Positions 7,418 through 14,455 of a stretch of 24,000 nucleotides of DNA are shown one piece after another. The notes under the pieces are model-generated. The model did not search any database. It saw only the letters and a list, made by a program, of their open reading frames with translations, and had not been told where the DNA came from. The DNA is from an uncultured Planctomycetaceae bacterium (GTDB lineage: Bacteria; Planctomycetota; Planctomycetia; Pirellulales; Lacipirellulaceae). Each line of letters starts with the position of its first letter. The stretch's first letter is position 1. The stretch spans positions 125,258 through 149,257 of the forward strand of contig CALALR010000040.1 of NCBI GenBank assembly GCA_937925545.1. The letters are read 5' to 3'. The position numbers and the translations under genes were made by a program.

Positions 7418-8386
7418 CTAATATCCCTTGAGTCCACAAGCTTCTTGGGCACGCGAAAGGACCTCGGCTGCTTTCCGTCGGGCTGTCGTTGCACCCTTGG
7501 TAAGGATGTCTCTCACATCATCGGGTCGTTGCTGCCAATCATTGCGTCGTGAACGTGCCTCAGCAAAAAAGTTTTCCGCGGCTTCGGCGAGCTTTTTCTT
7601 TACGTCTCCGTAACCAAAACCGCCGCGTTGGTAAAGAGCTGCCAGCTCTTCACGATCACTTTCAGTTGCTACTAGTGAATAGAGCTGATATAGGACGTCG
7701 CTCTGAGGCTCTTTAGGTTCATCCATCGGGCGCGAGTCTGTGGCGATTCGCATGATCTGCTTCTTTTGCACTTTGGCGTCTTCGAATACTGCTAAGGTGT
7801 TGTTGTAACTCTTCGACATCTTTTCGCCATCAGTCCCTGGGACTCGAGCAGAACTGTCGAGCACCTTGGCCTTGGGCAGTACGAAAACTTCTCCGAAGTG
7901 ATGGTTGAAACTACCTGCGATGTCACGGCATACTTCGATATGTTGCACTTGATCTTCACCGACCGGCACAGTATCGCTGTCGTAAGCTAGAATGTCTGCA
8001 GCCTGCAATACCGGATAGGCGAACAACCCTGCGTCGGCAGTGAGCCCCTTGGCCTTCTTGTCCTTGTAGGCGTGGCAGCGTTCCAAAAGTCCCATCGGAG
8101 TGCCGGTCATGAGCAGCCAGCACAGCTCACTCACCTCAGGCACAGCCGATTGCACAAACAAGACAGCCTGATTGGGATCAAGTCCCAAAGCCAGTAAATC
8201 CATAGCCGCATCCAGTGAGTACTGGGCAAGCAATTGTTTGTCGCGCACCGTCGTCAAGGCATGCAAATTGGCAATGAAATAGTAAGCCTGATCCGCGTCC
8301 TGCAAGGCAATGTATTGCACAATTGCACCGAAATAATTTCCCCAATGGGGACGACCGGTAGGCTGGATTCCGCTCAAAACGCGCAT
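7418..8386 (-). CDS. trpS: Tryptophanyl-tRNA synthetase
   Basis: ATG at 8386. Class I signature [13 protein letters not shown] (HIGH-like) and KMSKS. Length is 322 aa. Confidence 0.95.
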   Translation of the reverse strand: MRVLSGIQPTGRPHWGNYFGAIVQYIALQDADQAYYFIANLHALTTVRDKQLLAQYSLDAAMDLLALGLDPNQAVLFVQSAVPEVSELCWLLMTGTPMGLLERCHAYKDKKAKGLTADAGLFAYPVLQAADILAYDSDTVPVGEDQVQHIEVCRDIAGSFNHHFGEVFVLPKAKVLDSSARVPGTDGEKMSKSYNNTLAVFEDAKVQKKQIMRIATDSRPMDEPKEPQSDVLYQLYSLVATESDREELAALYQRGGFGYGDVKKKLAEAAENFFAEARSRRNDWQQRPDDVRDILTKGATTARRKAAEVLSRAQEACGLKGY

Positions 8387-8445
8387 AAAGTGAGTGATTT
8401 GTGGTTAGTGGTTAGTGGAACGCCGCGACCCAACGAGTCGCCGCT
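8387..8445 (-). repeat. trpS leader module: GC hairpin + GGCG + tandem TAACCAC
   Basis: The minus strand reads GCGAC-tcgttgg-GTCGC (8441-8425), then GGCGTTCCAC, then TAACCAC TAACCAC (8414-8401), then 14 nt, then the ATG. No Shine-Dalgarno sequence is present. The dcd leader at 21879-21929 has a related layout. Confidence 0.6.
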
Positions 8446-8448
8446 GCA

Positions 8449-9405
8449 TCATTCGGTGTTCATGGTTCCGACGACCTCGCGCACACTTGTAGCACCCAGT
8501 TCGTCAATTGCCCCGGGAAGTGCATCCAGCACTTCCATTGATGCCGATGGATTATAGAAGTTCACCGTGCCGAGTTGAACCGCCATTGCACCAGCCACAA
8601 GAAACTCCATCACATCTTCGATAGTGGCGATCCCTCCGATCCCAATGATAGGGGTTTCGGTTGCTTGGGCTGCCTGATACACGGCCCGCAAAGCGATAGG
8701 TTTGATTGCAGGACCGCTGAGCCCCCCCACGACATTTCCCAGCATCGGGCGCCTTCGCCGCCAGTCTACGGCCATTCCTTGACAGGTATTGATGAGTGAA
8801 ATCGCATCTGCTCCTCCCTCTGAAGCAGCGCGGGCCATTTCCGCGATACTGGTCACATTGGGAGTGAGCTTGGCAATAATCGGGTGAGACGAATTCTGGC
8901 GACACTCTTTGACGACCCGTTCACACATCTTGGTGTCCGTTCCGAAATCAACTCCTCCGCTCACATTTGGACACGAGATATTAAGTTCTACCGCCGCGAT
9001 CGCATCTTCTGCGGACAGCCGAGCTGCCATTTCGACAAACTCTTCATGGGTCCGACCCGCGATACTCACCACGATGGCAGTATTCAGTGAGGTTAAATAG
9101 GGCAAATGGTGGATGATGAACTGGTCGATACCATCGTTATCCAGCCCGATAGAATTTAGCATCCCTGAGGGAGTTTCAATTGTACGCCAGGGGGCATTCC
9201 CTTTCCGCGGCAGCTTCGTAATAGTCTTAGGCACTATCCCCCCGAGACGAGCGAGATCAACCAGAGACTCCATTTCTCGTGCATAGCCAAAAGTCCCTGA
9301 GGCAACCAGGATGGGGTTGGCCAGCATCAGTCGTCCCAGACTCACCTGCAAATCGGCTTGTTGCGGAGATGGTGGACTTGTGAGTGTCGGGAACTGTTCA
9401 GGCAT
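8449..9405 (-). CDS. pyrD: Dihydroorotate dehydrogenase, class 1 (Cys-type catalytic subunit)
   Basis: ATG at 9405. Motifs LANPILVASGTFGY, NISCPNV (catalytic Cys, class 1), IIGIGGI. No pyrK-like partner gene is adjacent. Confidence 0.9.
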   Translation of the reverse strand: MPEQFPTLTSPPSPQQADLQVSLGRLMLANPILVASGTFGYAREMESLVDLARLGGIVPKTITKLPRKGNAPWRTIETPSGMLNSIGLDNDGIDQFIIHHLPYLTSLNTAIVVSIAGRTHEEFVEMAARLSAEDAIAAVELNISCPNVSGGVDFGTDTKMCERVVKECRQNSSHPIIAKLTPNVTSIAEMARAASEGGADAISLINTCQGMAVDWRRRRPMLGNVVGGLSGPAIKPIALRAVYQAAQATETPIIGIGGIATIEDVMEFLVAGAMAVQLGTVNFYNPSASMEVLDALPGAIDELGATSVREVVGTMNTE

Positions 9406-9684
9406 GGCGGATATTCAAGAGGGGAATTTGGGAACGAACCGGTCAGTTTATCCTACCAGATTCCACATGCCTCTGCTCCAGGCCCTATCGAGAGATTATT
9501 GCGACATTCCCATAGCTTCAGAATGAATGAACAAAGTCCAATACCCAATGACCAAAATAGTATGCATACGGCCCAGGAGTTGGTCTTTGGGACTTCGTCT
9601 TTAGTCATTCAGGTACTCTTAGTACGTACCGGTAGCGCAGCTCCAACGTTTGGCACATTCGCGAAGCGAACTCTGCCAACGAGC

Positions 9685-9903
9685 CTAGATAATCCCGCCG
9701 TGTACGCTATAGGGCGTCAGGTGAGAAGGTTGATCGAGAAACCAGATGCGCTCCCATTCATCGAGCATAGCGCGTAGGTTCTCTGATGTGTTAATCAACT
9801 GCTGCGACCTCCGAGTCGGATCTGCCGAGTAGATCGGCAGCAGACAACCTGAATTGCCAGCCAACATACAGACAGTTGCCAGTACTAAGAGCCATTTACG
9901 CAT
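9685..9903 (-). CDS. Small putative lipoprotein / secreted protein (72 aa), function unknown
   Basis: The ATG at 9903 is preceded by a strong SD (AAGGAGGAG, 8 nt spacer). It has an N-terminal signal-like segment ending in a lipobox-like LAGNSGC. I recognise no domain. Confidence 0.55.
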   Translation of the reverse strand: MRKWLLVLATVCMLAGNSGCLLPIYSADPTRRSQQLINTSENLRAMLDEWERIWFLDQPSHLTPYSVHGGII

Positions 9904-10265
9904 GGGCGTAGCTCCTCCTTGAGCATCGAAGCGAGTCCCAACAGCGCATGCAATTGGGTTGAACGCTTCCCATTAATTTGACAGTGATTCCAAGCCCGAG
10001 CGGACCCCGAATTGCTGCCAGTCCCACAAAAAACCAGTGAAAAGTTTGTGACAAACGTTACATCGCACAACCCGCTTACTCCGCTGCGAGTCGTCCTCAA
10101 GCCGTTTGTCTGGTAGAAAAGTCGAGTAAGAGTAGCAATCTCCATTTTCCGCGCCGAGAGCAGATTTCACTCCGCCCATCTGAATTCCCTGCAGTCGCGA
10201 GATTCGCGCGCAGGCAAGGCGTTAGCTGCCAGTGATTTGGTTTCCAACAGAGATATAGCTAGCAG

Positions 10266-10667
10266 CTAGGTGCCAGCTTTCGGAACGTAACTTGTTGGCG
10301 GGGAAAGAGTTTCGTGATTTGAACCAATCGGTGGAGCAGCACCAGTGGCTGCTCGGTGGGCCGCTTCTGCGGCGGCATTGGCTTGGCGCTCGAGTTCGTG
10401 AACTCGTTCTTCCATCTCTTTGCCAGGCTTGAAGGTCACAACAAACTTCTCGGGAACAAATACTTTTTCGCCGGTGCGGGGATTCCTTGCTTTGCGAGCA
10501 GCACGCCGTTTGACTTCAAAAACTCCAAAATTCCGCAGTTCAATTCGTCGGTCTTCGACGAGCGTCTCGACGATGGCGTCGAATGTCTTTTGGACAATTT
10601 CCTTCGTCTTCAATTGAGTCAGGCCAATTTCTTCAGAAATGGTCCTTACGATCTCTTTCTTGGTCAC
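10266..10667 (-). CDS. HU/IHF-family DNA-binding protein with a roughly 40-aa C-terminal tail
   Basis: GTG start at 10667 with GGAGGA 8 nt upstream. HU/IHF core: [11 protein letters not shown].., [45 protein letters not shown]. This is followed by an Ala/Pro-rich non-basic tail. Confidence 0.9.
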   Translation of the reverse strand: MTKKEIVRTISEEIGLTQLKTKEIVQKTFDAIVETLVEDRRIELRNFGVFEVKRRAARKARNPRTGEKVFVPEKFVVTFKPGKEMEERVHELERQANAAAEAAHRAATGAAPPIGSNHETLSPPTSYVPKAGT

Positions 10668-10762
10668 GACGAGATCCTCCGCGAATAGCCCTTGTTAGGG
10701 ATCCAAAAGGTGCATCAACAGATGAGCTAAGTCTATTAAGTGAAAAATCTTCACTTGCCCCA

Positions 10763-10791
10763 AGTGTAATTGGCGCAAGGCTTAGTGTCAA
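10763..10791 (-). promoter_or_regulatory. Candidate sigma70-like promoter for the HU/IHF gene
   Basis: The minus strand reads TTGACA (10791-10786), a 17-nt spacer, then TACACT (10768-10763), about 95 nt upstream of the GTG. This is a hexamer match only, and the promoter consensus for this lineage is unknown to me. Confidence 0.2.
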
Positions 10792-11043
10792 GGTTTTCGC
10801 AAGTCGGTGAAGAACTTACGACACGGCCCCCAGCTGGGGACCAGCCTAAAATCGACCTGAATTAGACATCAAATTGTCAAAGATCAACCAGTAAATGGCG
10901 TTGAAACTGCTCAACCATCCCCAGGTAGCTATCTAACTGAGAATACGCAATTTACCCGTCCATCCACGTGGAATGCTTACCCATAGATCGGCGTTCGAAC
11001 CGGCAAACTTGAACTATTCCCTACACTTTGACAACTGCCCAGT

Positions 11044-11490
11044 TCACACGTTAAACACCGCAGCCTGCTCTTGAATCTGCTCAAGCTGATACAGTTTCCC
11101 TTTACCACTACCGGGGCACGACTCGCAGGTTTCTGCCCAGGCTTCGGGCGACTTGAGATTCGAGTTCCAGAATGGCCACGTGCGGCATTGTCGGGGACGT
11201 TCGCTGTAGACATTGCACTTGCAAGTTTGATTGTCGAAAAAGACGCAGTCGCCGTTGGCGAACTCCACCAAACTGCGGCGGATCCCAATCTGACGAACAT
11301 ACTTCGCTTCAAATTTATCGACTTTCATTCCCAGAAGCGCAGCCAAGGCATCGATCTCCTGCTGATTGACCCAGACATAGCCGGGGGCACCAGTGCAGCA
11401 GTCGCCGCACCCCGTGCATGTAAATCGTAGCCCCTCTTTGTACCAAGGTTCTTTAGCCGCGGCGTGTTTGTTCTTCGTAGATTTGGCCAT
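11044..11490 (-). CDS. YkgJ-family Cys-cluster protein (putative Zn/Fe-chelating CxxCxxCC domain)
   Basis: ATG at 11490. FTCTGCGDCCTG matches the CxxCxxCC signature. Additional Cys residues are present (CVFFDNQTCKCNVY, CRTWP, CESCPG). It lies 21 nt downstream of the cysteine desulfurase gene. Confidence 0.8.
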   Translation of the reverse strand: MAKSTKNKHAAAKEPWYKEGLRFTCTGCGDCCTGAPGYVWVNQQEIDALAALLGMKVDKFEAKYVRQIGIRRSLVEFANGDCVFFDNQTCKCNVYSERPRQCRTWPFWNSNLKSPEAWAETCESCPGSGKGKLYQLEQIQEQAAVFNV

Positions 11491-11511
11491 TCGAGAAAAT
11501 TGATTGTGAGA

Positions 11512-12708
11512 TTAGCAGGCGGGAGTCGCCAGCAAATTTTCCAATGCGGCAAGGGTTGAATCGATCTCTTCGATGCTCGTTGCCCAACCAGGACTGAGCC
11601 GCAACGTACCTCCGTCAGCCAGGGTGCCCAGTGCGCGGTGCATGCGCGGTGCGCAGTGAAGTCCAGCACGGCATTCCACGCCAGCTGACATTTCCAGCAT
11701 TGCGGACAATTCCTGTGGATCATAACCCTCAATCGTCAGACTGACCACACTCGTGCGAGGTTTTTCGACGGGAGGTCCATGAATGGTGACGCTCGGGAGT
11801 GATTCTAAACCATCAATGAGTCTTTTCGTGAGGGTCTGATGATGGTGTTGCACTGCTGATAAGCCCTGTTTTTGAAGATGCTCAGTCGCCGCTGCCAGTC
11901 CAGCCAGTCCGGGCAAATTCAGGTTTCCCGCCTCAAATCGCTGGGGTAGTTCTTGAGGATGCCTCTCGTCTTCACTCGACGTTCCCGTTCCCCCGCGTCG
12001 CAAGGGCCGAAGTTCGCCGAGGACGCGCTCTCCCAAGCAAAGTACACCCGTACCCAAGGGTCCAAGCAACCCCTTATGACCTGGAGCTGCAATCACATCT
12101 GCCTGGAAATCTTTCAGGTCAACAGGAATGTGCCCCAAAGTCTGAGCGGCATCCACCAGTAAAAACGCGCCATGAGAACGCACGACCGCGCCGATTTCTG
12201 CCATAGGCTGGATAGCACCAGTCACATTGGAAGCATGAATCACTACCACAAGTCGTGTATTTGGACGAAGTGCCAGACGTATTTCCTCCAGTGAGACATA
12301 CCCCACAGAATCGCAAGGGACGTAGCTCACTTCGATTCCACCTTCATCGGCTAAAAAATTCAGGGGTCGCAGAACGGAGTTATGCTCGCATTCTGTGGTG
12401 ACGACGTGGTCACCGGCACGGAGAATTCCCATTATTGCCATGTTGAGTGAATCCGTACCGCTGGCCGTGAAGACGACTCGATCGGAATTCTGGACGCCGA
12501 CGAGCTCTGCAACTCCACGCCGTGCTCGTTCGACCAAGCGTTGAGCCTGCTCGGCGGTGCGATAACTACTTCGCCCATGGGCGACCCCGAGGGCACGCTG
12601 ATAATGATCGACTGCCTCATAAACGCAATCAGGCTTAGGCCAACTCGTGGCGGCATTGTCTAAATAGATGCGGCGTCGACTTGAGGGGGTTGCTGCAATG
12701 GATTCCAC
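11512..12708 (-). CDS. Class V aminotransferase-fold cysteine desulfurase (SufS/CsdA-like, group II)
   Basis: GTG start at 12708, 2 nt after the moaA stop. Motifs: IYLDNAATSWPKP, PLP-lysine motif APGHKGLLGPLGTG, active-site Cys motif RAGLHCAP. Confidence 0.85.
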   Translation of the reverse strand: MESIAATPSSRRRIYLDNAATSWPKPDCVYEAVDHYQRALGVAHGRSSYRTAEQAQRLVERARRGVAELVGVQNSDRVVFTASGTDSLNMAIMGILRAGDHVVTTECEHNSVLRPLNFLADEGGIEVSYVPCDSVGYVSLEEIRLALRPNTRLVVVIHASNVTGAIQPMAEIGAVVRSHGAFLLVDAAQTLGHIPVDLKDFQADVIAAPGHKGLLGPLGTGVLCLGERVLGELRPLRRGGTGTSSEDERHPQELPQRFEAGNLNLPGLAGLAAATEHLQKQGLSAVQHHHQTLTKRLIDGLESLPSVTIHGPPVEKPRTSVVSLTIEGYDPQELSAMLEMSAGVECRAGLHCAPRMHRALGTLADGGTLRLSPGWATSIEEIDSTLAALENLLATPAC

Positions 12709-12710
12709 GT

Positions 12711-13748
12711 TTAGCCACCAATCTGATACATGGCCCGCTCGGGTTTCACAAAGTCTACTCCTCCCACACCATGAGCAGGCTGTTTGTGCCAGATACAGTC
12801 GCGGACCAGCGCGCGAATTTGATCATCGCTACCACCCTCTCGCAGGAGAGTCCGCGCATCCCATTCCCTGGTGGAAAACAAACAGTTACGCACTTTCCCC
12901 TCCGCTGTAATCCTCAGTCGATTGCAGTTCGAGCAGAAGGGCTCGCTGATGGGATTAATAAAACCAATCCGCCCCCGCCCATCGGCAAAATGAAAATCGA
13001 CGGCCGGTTGGCTCGGATCGAGACGCGCGCTCGGCAGGAGTGGACAGAACTCTGATTCCAACACTTGTCGGATCTCTTGGCTCGTGAGCACTTGCTCACT
13101 TTCCCAGTGATTGTCGGCATCGAGAGGCATGAATTCTATGAAACGCAGCTCAAAATCGTGCTCACGTGCGAACTCTGCCAGGGGAACAATCTCCGCTTCT
13201 GTAAGTCCACGGATCGCAATCGCATTGAGTCGTATCTCCGAGAATCCTGCCGCTCTTGCCGCAAAGATGCCCTTCAGTACACGGTTGAGACCACTACGAC
13301 GTGAGATTCTCTCAAATGTCTCCTCACTTAGGGAGTCGAGGCTCACGTTGAGTCGCTCGAGGCCTGCTGCTTTTAATTCAGCCGCTTGCTCGGCGAGCAA
13401 AATGCCATTGGTGGTGAGTGCCAAATCGTCGAGCCCCTTGATGCGGGCAAGCCTTGCCACCAGGCTTGGCAGTTCACTTCGCACCAGAGGTTCTCCCCCT
13501 GTAAGGCGAATCTTACGAATGCCGAGGGTGACAGCCACTCGGACAAATCGTTCGATCTCTTCGAAGGTGAGCAGTTCTTCCCTCGGGCGAAAATTGACGT
13601 TCTCCAACGGCATGCAATAGAAGCAGCGGATATTGCAACGATCAGTCACGCTCACCCGCAGCGAGGTGTGGACGCGACCCAACGTGTCAATCAAGGGACC
13701 CCCGGCATCGGACTCAATTGTGTTCAAGATAGGCAGGGTCGTGTTCAT
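12711..13748 (-). CDS. moaA: GTP 3',8-cyclase (radical SAM Moco biosynthesis protein A)
   Basis: Radical-SAM CNIRCFYC. C-terminal cluster CSNCNRLRITAEGKVRNC. C-terminal ..YQIGG double Gly. I prefer the ATG at 13748, which forms an ATGA overlap with the moaE stop. The track start at 13805 is a TTG. Confidence 0.93.
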   Translation of the reverse strand: MNTTLPILNTIESDAGGPLIDTLGRVHTSLRVSVTDRCNIRCFYCMPLENVNFRPREELLTFEEIERFVRVAVTLGIRKIRLTGGEPLVRSELPSLVARLARIKGLDDLALTTNGILLAEQAAELKAAGLERLNVSLDSLSEETFERISRRSGLNRVLKGIFAARAAGFSEIRLNAIAIRGLTEAEIVPLAEFAREHDFELRFIEFMPLDADNHWESEQVLTSQEIRQVLESEFCPLLPSARLDPSQPAVDFHFADGRGRIGFINPISEPFCSNCNRLRITAEGKVRNCLFSTREWDARTLLREGGSDDQIRALVRDCIWHKQPAHGVGGVDFVKPERAMYQIGG

Positions 13749-14197
13749 TGGTTCGCTGCTGCAGCATCTGGCGAGAGTTTCTTTGCAGGTTCGGGATGGA
13801 TCCAACTGCTAGATCCATCTGCCCAGTGTTCTTCTTTCCAGATTGGTACTCGGGACTTAAGGGTGTCGATCAACCATTCACCAGCGGCAAACGCCGCGCG
13901 CCGATGAGGGCTTGCAACAACGATGGCAACGCTTGCCTCGCCGAGCGGCACCTTTCCGACCCGATGCACGATAAAACATTCATCAATTTGCCAACGCTGG
14001 CGGGCCTCAGTTTCCAAAAGCTCTAGTTCGCGTTCGGCCATTTCATGATAGGCCTCGTAACGCAATTCGGTGGTTTCGCGACCAGCAGTATGCTGGCGGG
14101 TTACCCCAAGAAACAAGAGTACCGCACCAGAAGCAGGACTTTGCGCCTGCTGCACCAGTGTCTCGCTGTCGATGCGTTTTGTGGTGAGCTGAATCAT
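13745..14197 (-). CDS. moaE: Molybdopterin synthase catalytic subunit
   Basis: ATG at 14197. MoaE pattern: GAVLLFLGVTR, LRYEAYHEMAE, ASPHRRAAF, RVPIWKEE. Confidence 0.9.
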   Translation of the reverse strand: MIQLTTKRIDSETLVQQAQSPASGAVLLFLGVTRQHTAGRETTELRYEAYHEMAERELELLETEARQRWQIDECFIVHRVGKVPLGEASVAIVVASPHRRAAFAAGEWLIDTLKSRVPIWKEEHWADGSSSWIHPEPAKKLSPDAAAANQ

Positions 14198-14209
14198 TAT
14201 TTCTCGTGT

Positions 14210-14455
14210 CTAACCGCCACTCACTGGAGGGATGCAGGCGATCTCTGCGGTAGCTGGAATGGGAGTGGATGCGTCTGCATATTCTGCGTCGATCGCAAAC
14301 AGAGCCTGGGAAAGCAAGATGGCGAGCTGGGGATATTCAACTTCCAGGGCACTTCGCAAGTCGCTCACCCTTGCCGGCTCAGCAAGTTCCACGATCACCT
14401 CTGCAGCCCCCACCGCCTCGCGGGCTGCCGCAAACATTTTCACCTTTACTTTCAT
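14210..14455 (-). CDS. moaD: Molybdopterin synthase sulfur-carrier subunit (ubiquitin-like, C-terminal GG)
   Basis: 81 aa, ending ..IPPVSGG*. It sits immediately upstream of moaE (12 nt gap). Its ATG overlaps the preceding gene's TGA (ATGA at 14455-14452). Confidence 0.85.
   Translation of the reverse strand: MKVKVKMFAAAREAVGAAEVIVELAEPARVSDLRSALEVEYPQLAILLSQALFAIDAEYADASTPIPATAEIACIPPVSGG

Noticed and set aside
9440-9500. PyrR-type binding loop in the pyrD leader (minus strand CCUGGAGCAGAGGCA resembles UCCAGAGAGGCU)
   Set aside because: The match to the ARUCCAGAGAGGYU consensus is only partial. I could not trace a terminator/antiterminator pair, and no pyrR is in view.
9885-10179. ORFs 9885-10145 (86 aa) and 9973-10179 (68 aa) in the spacer upstream of the lipoprotein gene
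   Set aside because: They have no SD and odd composition, and one overlaps the strongly supported SD and ATG of the lipoprotein gene. I treat them as non-coding.
10827-10838. Perfect 12-bp palindrome CCCCAGCTGGGG
   Set aside because: It is a single short palindrome in a long spacer with no partner sites or flanking structure, and cannot be interpreted from the sequence alone.
10993-11000. T-loop-like GGTTCGAAC / palindrome GTTCGAAC downstream of the ykgJ-like gene as a hint of a tRNA or tmRNA
   Set aside because: The flanks do not form a T-stem, acceptor stem or cloverleaf. It is an isolated 8-bp palindrome.
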